Under the pieces are notes generated by a model. The model searched no databases. It saw nothing but the letters and a program-made list of their open reading frames with translations, and had not been told where the DNA came from. Below, piece by piece: positions 38,326 to 52,467 of a stretch of DNA of 64,000 nucleotides (within the stretch, counting starts at the first letter, position 1; the number at the start of each line of letters is the position of its first letter). Both the position numbers and the translations under genes were made by a program. This stretch comes from Octopus vulgaris. Its lineage: Eukaryota. The stretch spans positions 52,204,001 to 52,268,000 of the forward strand of contig OX597832.1 of NCBI GenBank assembly GCA_951406725.2, written 5' to 3'.

Positions 38326-39379
38326 TGATACTGTAAATACTATGCAGATATGGAATTTCCAGCCCCAAATTGTCAGTCGATGACTATTGCCAGTTGTGAG
38401 TTCAGTTCCTGGAGAGGGCTGTGTGTTGTGTTCTTGAGCAAGACACTTTATTCTCACATTGCTCCAGTTCATTCAGCTGTAGAAATTTGCAATGTCATTG
38501 GCACCAAGCTGCATCAGCCTTTGCCTTTCTCTTGGATAAGATCAGTGGTGAGGAGAAGGGAGGTTGGCATGCATGGGGGGCTACCAGTCTTCTGTGAAAC
38601 AACCTTGGCCAGACTCAGTGTCACAGAAAGAAACTTTCTAGGTGCAATCTCATGGTCATTTTTTTCTTTTACTTGTTTCAGATATTTGACTGCAGCCATG
38701 CTGGAGCGCCACCTTTTAGTCAAAGAAATCGACTCCAGGACTTATTTTTTCTAAGCCTGGCACTTATTCTATCAGTCTCTTTTGCTGAGCCACTAAGCTA
38801 CAGGGATGTAAACACACTAAGATATATATATATACACACACACACACACATATACATGTGATGCATGACCCAGTGGTTAGCATGTTGCACTCATGATTGT
38901 TAAATCGTGGGTTTGATTTCCGATCCAAGTGGTGTGGTGTAACCTTGAGCAAAACACTTCATTTCATGTTACTCCAGTGCACTCAAATGTGAATAGGTAA
39001 CCCTACAACAAACTAGTCTTCCAATCGGGAAAAATGTTAGACTGTTTGCCTAATCAGTAGGGTGGCATCGTTTGAAAGCTAAAGCAATGCAAAGTGGAAT
39101 ACCAGTTTGTGATGATGTTTAGGATTATTGGAGTAATCTCACAGTTGATATCTAGATTGCCTGCTAGTGTTCTGTTGTCTAGACCAATATTTTTGAGTCA
39201 AACCTACTGAATTTCTGACCAGACTTCTTTTTTAGAATAATTGATTAGGGATGTATTTTACAAATATAAAATGTCTTATAGCTCTGAAGGTCAGACACCC
39301 ATGAATTGGTGAGGATGATATTCAAGGGTGTCATGGCATCACTCAGCAAGACCTTTGTCAGCCACTCTCCACCTATCTG

Positions 39380-39605
39380 TTGGGTTGTCAGGAAAGTTCG
39401 TGCCAATTTTTAAAGGAAAGAAAAAGGTCAATAAATACTTGCCATTACATTTTTAATCAACCAAATATGAACCAATTTGTTGCACAATGCGTTTCCATCT
39501 TTCCCTTAACTTGAAAATACCCTCTTCCCAGAATTGAGGTGCCTGGAAGGGTAAGTCAAAAGGTAAGCTACTATAAAATTGGCATGAACTTTCCGGACAA
39601 CCCAA
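39380..39605 (-). mobile_element. Internally deleted mariner
   Basis: TIRs ttgggttgtcaggaaagttcgtgccaatttt / aaaattggcatgaactttccggacaacccaa, TA at right. Retains the transposase C-terminus PQFWEEGIFKLRERWKRIVQQIGSYLVD*. Confidence 0.85.
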
Positions 39606-39607
39606 TA

Positions 39608-40214
39608 TTTAAGGCTGTATATGGCTATGGTGTGGCCACATTTGAAATTTGCATCACCAATCTTGAACCTCTATCTTGCTCAGGGCATTGACCTCCTGGA
39701 AACTGTTCAGAGACATACAACCAAGCAAATACCCTCCATCAGACATTTACCATACTCTGAATACCTTACTTCCGTGGGCATAGATACATTGAAGCTCCAA
39801 CATCTGGCAACTGACTTAGTAAACACCCACAAAACTATTAACCATCATGCCAACAACCACCTTGAGCACCTTTTTCAGCTCCATGTGTCTAACATACGTG
39901 GGTATGCCTACAAAGTCAGAAAACAGCACAGTTCCCATGACTTTTGGAAACATTTTTTCACACTCAGAATTGCTGAAGCATGGAACAAATTACCTGCATC
40001 AGTTTTTTGTTGCCAAGACATTGCATCCTTTAAAACTTCCATGCTTCCTGAGATTTACCAACACTACACCTGATATACCCCCCTCCATATGCATGCACAC
40101 ATATATATCATGATTCATACACTGTTCACTTTCTTGACTTTTGTTCATAATTCTATGTACTGTACATGCACCTTTGATGAGTTATAGTGCATCTGAGCAC
40201 TATACACAATAATT

Positions 40215-40263
<49 letters not shown>
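39608..40263 (+). mobile_element. CR1/L2-like LINE 3' end with (ATT)n tail
   Basis: ORF 39621-40073: MVWPHLKFASP...DLLETVQRHTTKQIPSIRHLPYSE...HFFTLRIAEAWNKLP. Confidence 0.85.
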
Positions 40264-40266
<3 letters not shown>

Positions 40267-40752
40267 AAAATATATAATGGCTTGGCTCACTCTGACATGT
40301 AGTCACTTAAAATAAATATATAAACACACATTTAACACTTATGTACACACACACACACACACAAATTGAACACTGCTACACAGAGATTTCACTCAAACAT
40401 ATAAATTTACTGAGTATAGTATAACACCTTATAAACATGCTGAATGCAGACAATAGACGCACAAACACATTCCTTGACGCTATTAAGTTAAGCTTCGCCT
40501 GATCTAATTCTGGCTAAAACTCGTCAAAGTATATAATATATATATACATAGAGAGAGAGAGAGAGAGAGAGAGAGCAATAAGAAAACGGAGGGGATCAAT
40601 AGGAGGTTCATCAAATTTTAGACATTATATTGTGTCAACTTATTTATTTATTTACTAAACTGACAATTACAAGAATATACATACATGTATAATATATTAG
40701 GCTTTACATATAAAATATATTAATATAGAAAGATACCAGTAATTATTAAAAC

Positions 40753-40782
<30 letters not shown>

Positions 40783-40783
<1 letters not shown>

Positions 40784-41070
40784 GAGGTGCAATGGCCCAG
40801 TGGTTAGGGCAGCGGACTTGCGGTCGCAGGATCGCGGTTTCGATTCTCAGACCGGGCGTTGTGAGTGTTTATTGAGCGAAAACACCTAAAAAAAAAAGAA
40901 GCTCCATGAGGCTCCGGCAGGGGGTGGTGATCCCTACTGTACTCTTTCACCACTCTTTCTTCTGTTGGCCTGCTCGCTTAGCCAGCGGGGTGGCGTCATT
41001 CGAAGGCTAAAACAATGCGAACGCATTGTGACCAGCGATGTGTAACAACATCTGATGGTCTGGTCGGTCC
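40783..41070 (+). mobile_element. tRNA-derived SINE family C
   Basis: GGAGGTGCAATGGCCCAGTGGTTAGGGCAGCGGAC...GGTTTCGATTC head; related heads at 14409 and at 52467 (minus). Confidence 0.8.
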
Positions 41071-42379
41071 ATATATAGATATAGATATATATATAGATGG
41101 AGATACATAAATAGATAGACAGATGTAATCACAGTACACACATACATGCACAGATTAAGAGAAATATGTATATAAAAATAGTTTTATAGACAGGTAATAT
41201 ACAAATACTAAGACACAACCCATGCTGGCATGGGTTGGACGGTGTGACCAGAGCTGGCAAGGTGGGTGGGTGCTGTACAAGACTCCAGTCTGATTTGGCA
41301 TGGTTTCTACAGCTGGATGCCCTTCCTAATGCCAACCACTTTACAGAGTGTGCTGGGTACTTTTACATGGTACCACACAGACGCTTTTACATGGCACTGC
41401 TCGGGAGCTTTTACCTGTCGCAGACAATAGACGCACAAACACATTCCTTGACGCTATTAAGTTAAGCTTCGCCTGAGCAAAAATCTGGCTGAAACTTGTC
41501 AAAGTATGTACGTATATATATATATATATATATATATACCACCAAGTAAGTTAGGGGTTGTGGATCCAACCCACTAAGGGATAATACTTATCCAATATAC
41601 TGTTGGTATAATACCCAAATTATTAATACACAAGTGTTTTTAATTGCAATGCAATTAACTTATTGTATTAAATGGGTGAAGGTAAAGAAATATTTTACCA
41701 TTAATTTATATTACAAATAAGAAAATGAAGAAAGAATTTAGTTGGTTTATCATCTTTAGGATATTAGAATGTTGACTTATTTATTTAACAGAACGAGAAC
41801 CATAATAACATACATATATACATTGAAATTCAATACATATAAGAATACAATTACCTAAAGCTGATAAACCAACTAAATTGTTTCTCCATTTTCTTATTTG
41901 TAATTATATATATATCATCATCATCGTTCAGCGTCCGCTTTCCATGCTGGCATGGGTTGGACAGTGCAACAGAGGTCTGGGAAGCCAGAAGGCTGCACCA
42001 GGCCCAGTCTGATCTGGCAATGTTTCTACGGCTGGATGCCCTTCCTAATGCCGACCACTCTATGAGTGTAGTAGGTGCTTTTTACACAGGTGCCAGGCGA
42101 GGCTGGCAAATGGCCACGATCGGATGGTGCTTTTTACGTGCCGGAGATACATAAATAGACAGGCATAATCACAGTACACACATACATGCACAGGTATAGG
42201 AGCACAGATTAAGAGAAATATCATCATCATCATCGTTTAACGTCCGCTTTCCTTGCTGGCATGAGTTGGACGATTTGACTGAGGGCTGGCGAACCAGATG
42301 GCTGCACCAGGCTTCAATCTTGATCTGGCAAGAGTTTCTACAGCTGGATGCCCTTCCTAATGCCAACCACTCCGAGAGT

Positions 42380-43061
42380 GATACAATTCACTGTCAGAAA
42401 TTTGGAAATGACATGTTGTACTGCTTGGCATTCATTCACACCAGAAGCTCCAATACAAACATTTCAGAGTGTTTCGATGTCAATCTGAGGACATGTACCA
42501 AGAATGAGCATTAGTGATGGCAATGTTATGCCTCCATTCATCTTTCCATATGACTTCACACTCAACATAGAGGCCTACATCAAGTGCCTGGAGGGGGTAG
42601 TGCTGCCCTGGGTCAAGAGGGTGGCTGCTGGAAGACCCTATGTCTAGCAACAGGACTCTGCACCATGTCACACAGGCAAAAGGACCCACTCATGACTGTC
42701 AGACAATTTCTGCAACCACATCACCCCTAACATCTGGCCACCTAACTCCCCAGACTGCAACCCCTTGGTTATTATGTGTGGGGTGCAGTTGAGCAAGAGA
42801 GACCAACAAAACTCCTTGTAACATCAAAGATGAACTGAAGGCAAGGATTATAGCAGCATTGACCAACTTAAACAAGGAGACCGTCCAGAAGAGTAGCAAG
42901 AGATTCTGAAGTCGTCTGGAAGCCGTGGTTGAAGCCAATGGTGATTTTATTGAATAAATTTACTCTTTAATATTTCAAGATATTTTTATATAATTTTGGT
43001 AAATATATCTGTTAAAATGATATTTTACATAGTTTAGGAAGTTTATTCACCAAACCCTGTA
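42380..43061 (+). mobile_element. Tc1/mariner-superfamily (DD37D, maT-like) transposase 3' remnant
   Basis: YIKCLEGVVLPWVKRVAAGRPYV*QQDSAPCHT...IWPPNSPDCNP...YVWGAVE...SRLEAVVEANGDFIE*. 37-residue spacing after correcting one frameshift; terminal ...accctgTA. Confidence 0.85.
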
Positions 43062-44269
43062 TGTATATATGTATGTCATCATCATCATCGTTTAACGTCT
43101 GCTTTCCATGCTAGCATGTGTTGGCCATTCAACTGGGGTCTGGGAAGCCCGAAGGCTGCACCAGGCCAGTCAGATCTGGCAGTGTTTCTACAGCTGGATG
43201 CCCTTCCTAACGATATATATATATATAAAATACAAAATGGGACAAGAACACAAAACATCCAGACAGGTGATACAAAAAAGGGGACAACAAAACATCCAGA
43301 TAGACGATACAAAGAAAACAAGGACGGGTCATTCGGAGTTTTCTTTCCTCAGTCAAGTTCCAGATTATCTTTGCAATTTCGACATATGTGTGTGTGTGTA
43401 TGTATACACACGAATACATGTACACATATAAGTTGTAGGCATGGCTGTGTTTAAAAAGTTTAATTCTAATTCCTTGGTTTTGAGTTCAGTCCCCCTGTGT
43501 GCCACCTTTGGTAAATGTCTTCTATTATAACCCCAGGCCAAACAGGGGCATGTAAGTGGATTCAGTTAATGGAAATGGAAAACATCTTTTTGTATATCTA
43601 TCTATCTGTGTGTGTGTGTGTGTGCGTTACACTGACACGTCTTGACTTTGTATAATAATTGTAAACTAGCATCAACATCATAAAAGCAATGCCCCTCATT
43701 TCCATTCTCCTGGCTATGGGGAAATTCTACTTTCCTTGGAAACAGGTAAGGGTTAGCAACAGGAAGGGCATCCAGCCATAGAAAATTTGTCTCAACAAAT
43801 TCTGATCCATACAAGTATACAAAAGAGATACGAAAATGAAAATCATGTATACACGTTTTTGTAGACATATGACTACATAAATATATATATAATTGCGTTT
43901 ATATATGTATGCAAACGTGTGTATATATGTGTGTGTGTGTGTGCATACATATATATATATGCACATATGTATAAATATTTACACATATGTATGTATATAT
44001 ACACACGTGTGTGTATAGATCTATACATATACGTATACTATATTTATATATATCTGTATTATCTATACATACATACATACATACATACGTACATACGTAC
44101 GTTACGTACATACGTACGTACGTACATACGTACGCACGCACGCGTGTATGTATAGAGATCAGAGGATGATGACATATAAAAGACATCTGCAGGCACACAA
44201 TCCATAGTCCATAGCCATTATTTGTTAACAGCCCACGCACCTACTTTGACAATATGTTGAACTCCTTGC

Positions 44270-45405
44270 AAACACCTTTCTGTGTTAGAGACACGCCCAA
44301 ACAAAATACTCTTTGAAGAGTATTTTTACATCCCCTCGAAAGTATTCTGAAACACATTAAAATGCGATAAAACGTCCTCGTTTTCAAGCAACACTATATT
44401 GCAACGAACAGAAATTGTCGCACATCGCCCTACCTTACTTCACAGGCCTTTATGCAATTCGTGACACCCTTAAAGAGCTAACATTGTGTTGCATAAAGAG
44501 CTGTGGAATTTGGCCGTGCATTTGAATGAAGCATGACAATTATTACGCTCGAGCAGAACTAGTAGGAGCTACTCGAGAATATCTCTCTGAATTCACAAGC
44601 ACATATGATACATACAGATTTATTTACAGCTGTCATTTAGAAAAGGAAATCACACTAGAAATAAATAAGCTGGACAGCTTAACACATAACTAGAATTATA
44701 TTGACGAACGAAATTTGATTTAATGTAAATTCCTAATCAAAGGAATTAGTTTTACCTTGGCAATCAAAAAGATAAAAGCAATATATTTTACGAGTGAAAA
44801 CTGATTCCTCGATAATATCATTTTATTTTATTTATTTATTTGTTTTAAGCTAAAACAGATCAATATTGGAAAACGGTTGGAATAAATCGACAAATGTTTA
44901 ATGTTCATAATTATTACGAATTTTCGTACAATACACCTAAAACTGTCCCCAGTAGTACAAATTTTCGTTCTTAAGTCAATTCTCGTACAGGCTTGGACCT
45001 CTATGCGGTATGGTAAGGCCCACTTTAGCGGCATTATTGGCACCCAGGCAAATCACTCTTCTCTAGGCTGACGAAAGCCACAACATACATAGATCAAAAT
45101 TGAGCCCTTATTAGGCTCGTGAGGCCCCCAGAATAATTACACATGGGCCCATGCCTTAAGACAGATAAAAGACAAGACTAATAGTGCAGGGTTTGAACTC
45201 AGAACGTAGGATTACACTAAGAAATTTAGTCCATCATTCTACCCCTTTTGTCACCCAACTTTCAATCAAAAGAAGCATTTTCAAAATTATTTAAAATACA
45301 ATAAATCATTTTTTTTTTGTTAATTATATCTATGAAATAAATCAAACGTTATTGTGTGTAATGTGTGAAAACAGCTTTCTATATATGTATGTGTGTGTAT
45401 GTATG

Positions 45406-45437
<32 letters not shown>

Positions 45438-47320
45438 TACATATACATGTGTGTGTGTGATCGTTTTAGAAAACTATAGACATTAGTTTCAGCATGAAAA
45501 CAACTTCACACTAAAAACAAAATATTTGAAATTAATTTTATTTAAAAGAAATTGACCTAGAAAAATGACAAGATTATTGGTGTCGGCACGGATTTACTAT
45601 CAGGTAGAGACTTTTTACATCTGGAATTTCAACAATTAACGTCCATACTGTTGATTCTAGTGGAGGAATTTAGAAAAGGAGAAAAAATTATCTACTAAAT
45701 GATCAATTAGTTCCGAATCACTTGATTGAAAATATTGTATTAAAGTAGAGCTTGAAGTTTTTTTAATTTAGACACCTGTGACATAATTATCGATTAAAGA
45801 AAATAATTTTCGAAAATAGAATAGATGGAAATAAACCGAATATAATTCTATACGTTTTGAAAAAGAGTCAAATGTCACCTAAAAAGAACAATGAAAAATG
45901 CGATAAAGTACGTTGCATGTCGTCAAAGATTGGGGAAAATTGTTTCGCAACACGACTGTCATGTTGTCATATATCGATATAAGGATCGGTGTTGAAAAAC
46001 AAAACAAAACAAAAATATATCAATGATAATATTAATGATAATCAATATTCGATCTCGTATTATTTTGAAATATAAGTTAGGTGTATGAAAGTTGAAAGAT
46101 ATGTACAGATATGGAGATGAAAATACCAGTTCTTTAGTTATTAATAAAGCCGACTTAAAAATATGAGGTCTTGTTTCCGAGTGATTGAATAATGTATATA
46201 TGTATATATATGAATAAGCTATAAGTTTTAATATAAAGGAGAATCGTACGCAACATGAAGCCGATAAATATGTTTACATAGCTAAAAGCACCAAGCTGTG
46301 TGTACAACTATAATATTTTAGAAATGGTTAGGAAGAATGAAAAGGTATGTAGAAAATATTTGTCAATTTATTGGTGGAAAATAAAGCCCTTAAAGAGATA
46401 CCTGGCTTATTTAGGCAAATTAACTTACTTGCTTTAGAAGTGACTTATTCCAGTTTTTAATCTACTTTTCGCTGTCTATAATTTGTGCCACCGATCCAAG
46501 GTGTTTTTTATTGCCGAGGTCTGTGGACAGCGCAACAAGTGGCGGCAACAAGAGCAGCAGCAGCAACAGCAGCAATAACAACAGCAGTAGCAGCGGCAGG
46601 GGGTGGGCGTGGCTTCACTAATGTTGTCATTACTAAAGATAGACGCGTGGAACTTTAGGATTTCTTCCGCTCTGTTTACAATTTCTTCGTTAGTTCGACT
46701 GTAAATGGCAGGTATTGATGATAATTAATCTAGCCAGGCGTTGAAATGATTGAGCTTTGACGTAAACATCACGTCCTAAGTTTGAGAAATACCCTTCGTA
46801 ACAAGTCGACAATCACTGGAATCTGTCATGGAAAAAAATAAAGTGTTTTGAATGCGAACGATGTATGAAAAGTAAATATATCTTTATTTACGATTTTAAA
46901 ACGGTAAAAACAGTGAATTGACAGAATCGGCAGAGCATCGGGCAAATTTCTTTGTCATACTTAACGGCTCGTTACGGTTTCAGTACCGGCCCCAGTCAGA
47001 TGGACTGGTATTCTTTCGGTGTGTAAACACAAAACGAAAGTGGAAATATTACTACCATTCGGCAATGTCCAGATGAATGAATCGAATAAGCACCTCCCCT
47101 CCTCCTCCTTTTCCCTCAAAATTCTTTTTGAATTTGTCTGTTTTCATCGACGAAATTACGATTTTATTAAGAATCAACTTTTCAAATTTTCAATTCACCT
47201 CACTCAATTTTCGGATTATAACTTCTTTTCGAATTTCTTTTTTTTTTTACACCCTGAAAAAAAGTTTTCTTTGTTTTCAAAATTTTACTTATTCATAGCT
47301 AATTGATTTCGTTCATTTCA
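44270..47320. promoter_or_regulatory. CpG-rich, repeat-poor promoter-like region
   Basis: Visibly more CpG than the flanks and almost no SINEs; GC-box-like GGGTGGGCGTGG at ~46600 and TGACGTAA at ~46758. Confidence 0.55.
46429..46640 (-). other. Rab27: Candidate non-coding first exon of Rab27 (5' end undefined)
   Basis: Consensus donor CAA|GTAAGT at 46428 within the CpG-rich zone. Splicing to 34661 puts an in-frame TAA upstream of the 34636 ATG. Confidence 0.45.
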
Positions 47321-47331
47321 TGATCCTAAAC

Positions 47332-47532
47332 CAGTGGTTTTCAACCAGGGTTCCGCCAGTACAGTCCAGGGGTTCCACAAGAAGTTACAAAAATGCTAAA
47401 ATCGACAGTAATTTTTAATTCTCCTGTGCAGATATGTGTGCATAAGATAATTAAATTATTGCACAGGGGTTCCTTGAGCCAGTGAAATGTTTTCTTGGGG
47501 TTCCGCTCCAGCAGAAAGGTTGAAAAGCACTG
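47332..47532. mobile_element. hAT-type MITE
   Basis: TIRs CAGTGGTTTTCAACC / GGTTGAAAAGCACTG with a perfect 8-bp TSD TCCTAAAC. Confidence 0.93.
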
Positions 47533-47784
47533 TCCTAAACCAAAAGAATGCAGGTGAATCTTACCACTGATCCTTTGAGATCAATAAACTATAATCCTTA
47601 CAAGTACTTGATTGATTTAATATCCATTTATTGTAATCTAGATGTGAATGGAAACATAATTGAGGACTAAGTCCTTTGATGGAAGCATGCCAAGTACCAG
47701 AACCTTTTGAAAAATTGCAAGAAGAAGGAATAACAGTCACGGCTATTCCAAGTCAAAGTTGACAGAAAACAGCACTGAATTATG

Positions 47785-48003
47785 GCAGTATCGTTAGCAC
47801 GCCGGGCGAAATGCTTAGCGGTATTTCGTCTGCCGTTACGTTCTGAGTTCAAATTCCACCTGGGTCGACTTTGCCTTTCATCCTTCCGGGATCGATAAAT
47901 AAAGTACCAGTTTCGCACTGGGCTTGATGTAAACGACTTAATCCCTTTGTCTGTCCTTGTTTGTCCCCTCTATGTTTAGCCCCTTGTGGGCAGTAAAGAA
48001 ATA
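47785..48003 (+). mobile_element. SINE family B
   Basis: Near-consensus copy; further copies at ~50195-50430, 51447-51680, 52842-53065 (-) and 63742-63910. Confidence 0.85.
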
Positions 48004-48131
48004 TATTAAGCAAAATAAGCATGTGCTTAGATCATCAAGGGAATGGCAGGGAAGGAAATGGTGAATGGTGTACAGCACAAAAGAAATCACTTAAACCCTA
48101 CAAAAAAAATAATATTCGGGATGCCTTGTAT

Positions 48132-48535
48132 AGGCGCAGGAGTGGCTGTGTGGTAAGTAGTTGCTTGCCAACCACATGGTTCCGGGTTTAGTCCCACTGC
48201 GTGGCACCTTGGGCAAGTGTCTTCTACTATAGCCTCAGGCCAACCAATGCCTTGTGAGTGGATTTGGCAGACGGAAACTGAAAGAAGCCCGTCGTATAAA
48301 TGTATATATATATATATATGTGTGTGTCTGTGTTTGTCACCCTAGCATTGCTTGACAACCGATGCTGGTGTGTTTATGTTCCCGTCACTTAGCGGTTCGG
48401 CAAAATAGACCGATAGAATAAGTACTGGGCTTACAAAGAATAAGTCCCGGGGTCGAGTTGCTCAACTAAAGGCGGTGCTCCAACATGGCCACAGTCAAAT
48501 GACTGAAACAAGTAAAAGAGTAAAAGAGTAAGAGT
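48132..48535 (+). mobile_element. SINE family A, full length
   Basis: Matches the consensus. Confidence 0.9.
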
Positions 48536-48771
48536 ATATCTACTAAGTAAAGAAGCAATTGTGTTACCTAAGATTCCTTTTGAGGATCTGATCAAAGACT
48601 TAACAATTAAAAGAAAAAAGTAGATAACTTTTCAAATATATTTCGTTTTTGGATTTGGATTGCAAGATTCTTTATGTGAGTTCGTGTGTTGAAGCATATT
48701 CTGTTGAGTCTGGAGAGAGACATTCTGTTTTAGTGCCTTATAATTTAACACTCTCACAGGCAAAATTTCCA

Positions 48772-49192
48772 CTTACTCTTTTACTCTTTTTACTCTTTTA
48801 CTTGTTTCAGTCATTTGACTGCGGCCATGCTGAAGCACCGCTTTTAGTCGAGCAACTCGACCCCGGGACTTATTCTTTTTGTAAGCCCAGTACTTATTCT
48901 ATCGGTCTCTTTTTGCCGAACCGCTAAGTGATGGGGACGTAAACACACCAGCATCGGTTGTCAAGCAATGCAAGGGGAACAAACACAGACACACAAACAC
49001 ACACACATACATATATATATATACATATATACGACAGGCTTCTTTCAGTTTCCATCTACCAAATCCACTCACAAGGCATTGGTCGGCCCGGGACTATAGC
49101 AGAAGACACTTGCCCAAGATGCCACGCAGTGGGACTGAACCCGAAACCATGTGGTTGGTTAGCAAGCTACTTACCACACAGCCACTCCTGCA
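48772..49192 (-). mobile_element. SINE family A, inverted relative to 48132-48535
   Basis: Reverse complement, ~240 bp away. Confidence 0.9.
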
Positions 49193-49463
49193 CCTTATTT
49201 ATTTTTTATTTTTCTAAACTTTTTGCTGCGTCTTGCAACCTTTTCAATAGTTTTTGACTCAAATATAGATAAAGTGAAAGCATACAGAAATAAACATTAT
49301 TTGTTTCATTTTGAAAACTAAAAATTTATTCTATGCTGTATTATTGATTATATTTTGAATTACATATATATGGGGGCACCAAAATATTTTAAGTGGTTAG
49401 GGCTTCAATTGGGTTTTAATCTAGCCGTGGTTGTAAAGCACTTCCTGCCTAGTATGGAGAATT

Positions 49464-49526
<63 letters not shown>

Positions 49527-49880
49527 GTTTAACGTCGGTTTTCCATGCTAGCATGGGTTGGACGGTTTGACCAGGGTCTGGATAGCCTGGAGGCTGTGCC
49601 AGGCTCCAGTCTGATCTGGCAATGTTTCTACAGCTGGATGCCCTTCCTAACACCAACCACTCCGTGAGTGTAGTGGGTGCTTTTTACGTACCACCAGCAC
49701 AAGGGCCAGAGGAGGCTGGCAAACGGCCAGGATCGGTTGGTGATTTTTACGTGTCACCGACACGGATTCCAGTCAGGCGGTGCTGGCATCAGCCACATTC
49801 AGATGGTGCTTTTTATGTGCCACCAGCACGGGTATCATAACTACAATTTCCATTTGATTTTTATTTTGATGTTGGTGTTG
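49464..49880 (-). mobile_element. Family D retroposon with long (CAT)n
   Basis: Same as 6465-6705 and 18368-18938. Confidence 0.75.
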
Positions 49881-52104
49881 ATATACAACTATTGAAATAA
49901 GAAGAAAAGAGTGAAAAGTAGCTGTGCACAGGATGGGAAAGGCAGCAAAAAGAGCCTGTTGCTGGTTATGAGACAGGAGAGAGAAGTTAAACAGGAAGCC
50001 AGGAACAGATTATGGGCAGTGATGTGGCTACTATTACTGACTCACCAATGGAGGGTGTTATGGGTGAGAGTTAAAACACCTTGTGTTCATTGGATCCTGC
50101 CTGATGATATAAATTCTTCATGGTCAAAACAACATTAACCGAAAGTGAATGAAGAAGTAGCTTCTTTTTGATGTTATCAATATCAAACTATAAGAAGGTG
50201 GCAAACTGGCAGAATTGTTAACACGCCAGGCAAGATGCTTAGTGGCATTTTGTCTGTCCTTGCGTTCTGAGTTCAAATTCCCCTGAGGTCAACTTTGCCT
50301 TTCATCCTTTCGGGGTCGATAAATTAAGTACCAGTTATGCACTGGGGTCGATGTAATCAACTTAATCCCTTTATATGTCCTTGTTTGTCCCCTCTATGTT
50401 TAGCCCCTTGTGGGTAGTGAAGAAATAAGAATTAGCACCAGGCTTAAAAGAAATATACGTACTGGAGCTGATTCATTTGACTAAAGCCAATCAAGGGGTT
50501 GCTCCAGTATGGTCACAACCCAATGACTGAAACAAGCGAGAGATTCATACAAGAACCTCCCATGCTGACAGATAGATTCATCACCATTTAACGTCCACTT
50601 TCCATGCCGGCATGGGTCAGACAGCTCAACAGGAGCTGGCGAGCCAGAGGACTGTATCAAGCTCCAATGCGTGATTTAAGCATGGTTTCTATGGTTGAGT
50701 GCCCTTCCTAATAACAGCCACTTTACAGATTGTTGTAGGTGGGGTTTTTTTATGCAACACTTGCACTGGTAAGGTCACCGAGTAACTTGTTAGACAAAAC
50801 CCATCAACTGCAAGGAAAGTAGTTCTGAGGGAGGTAGCTTTATGTTCGGTGCTGAGGGGTTTCAAGAATGTTAGAATGCAAAGTGTTCTGAGGTTAAAAG
50901 TATGATACAACCCACTTCAGTACTTATATTAACTACACACAGGAAAATGACAAAAGTCAGCACCAGTGGTGGGCTAAAATTGGCAAAGTAAAGAAACATT
51001 TAAACTAAATACCAAAACCAGTTTTGCCTCTCACTCCCACCGCTCACACATGCACTCACACGCGAATACACACACACACACACACACTTTACAATAAAAT
51101 AAACAGACAATGAAACAGATATTCAGTGACACAAGAAATCACAGGTGAAGGTATGTGCACTCAAGTGTGTGTTACATGTGAGTGGGTGGCGGTGGTGGTT
51201 GTGGTGGTGGATGAGGTGGTGATGGTGGTGGTACATAGATTACATGTGAAAATGTGAAAATGTCTGGAAGTCAAACTAAAGTTGAAGCTATCATTAAGAA
51301 AATTCATTTTAAGAACAAAGTAAAGGCAGTGAACTGACAGAATCCGAAGCACATCAGCACTTTGCATTATGAGTTCAAATCCCACTGAGATCAGCTTTGC
51401 TTTTCACCCCTTTGGGGTCAATAATATAAAGTATTAATAAACTATTAAGGCGGTGAGTTGGCAGAATTGTTAGTATGCCGGGCGAAACGCCTGGCGGTAT
51501 TTCGTCTACCATTACATTCTGAGTTCAAATTCCGCCTAGGTCGACTTTACCTTTCATCCTTTCGGGGGCGATTAAATAAGTACCAGTTATACACTGGGGT
51601 CAATGTAATTGACTTAATCCCTTTGTCTGTCCTTATTTGTCCACTCTATGTTTAGACCCCTGTGGGCAATAAAGAAATAAATAATATAAAGTACCAGATG
51701 TGTATTGAGGTCCATGTAATCAATTAACCCCATCATGCCCTAAAATTGCTGGCCTTGTGCCTAAATTTGAAACCATTACCAGAAAGAAGAGAGTTTGCAG
51801 AAAGAAAATAATCAAAGAAAATACAGTTGAAATGGAACAAGCCAAAAGAAATATATTTCTTTATTACCCACAAGGGGACAAATAAGGACGGACAAAGGGA
51901 TTAAATCGATTACATTGACCCCAGTGCGTTACTGGTACTTAAAGAAATAGTTGATAGAATTTTTAATAAGAAAATTCCAGGAGCCCCTTCTCAAGAGATG
52001 AATTCATACTGAAGGAAAATTTGGAGAGGAAAAGAATTTAACCAAGGGCTGAAAAAAAAATGCCCTGTCTTCCTTCCCCTTTGGGATTTGTTGTTGGCAC
52101 TCCG

Positions 52105-52467
52105 TTGGTTATGATGACAAGGGTTCCAGTTGATCCGATCAATGGAACAGCCTGCTCGTGAAATTAACATGCAGGTGGTTGAGCACTCCACAGACACGTG
52201 TACACTTAACGTACTTCTCATGGAGATTCAACGCAAAACAGAGTGTGACAAGGCTGGCCCTTTGAAATACAGGTACAACAGAAACAAAGAGTGAGAGAAA
52301 GTTGTGGTGAAAGAGTACAGCAGGGTTCACCACCACCCCCTGCCAGAGCCTCGTGGAGCTTTAGGTGTTTTTGCTCAATAAACACTCACAACGCCCGGTC
52401 TGGGAATTGAAACCGCAATCCTAAGACCACGAGTCCGCTGCCCTAACCACTAGGCCATTGCACCTCC
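52105..52467 (-). mobile_element. SINE family C variant
   Basis: tRNA-like head on the minus strand; body shared with 28005-28316. Confidence 0.75.

Noticed and set aside
40783-40856. tRNA genes (also 14409, 62229 and SINE A/B heads)
   Set aside because: Imperfect cloverleaves that continue into repeat bodies; these are SINE heads, not functional tRNAs.
43318-43385. CTGAGGA and GAAA motifs on the minus strand as a hammerhead
   Set aside because: Order and pairing do not give stems I and II; at most a truncated Penelope-like fragment.
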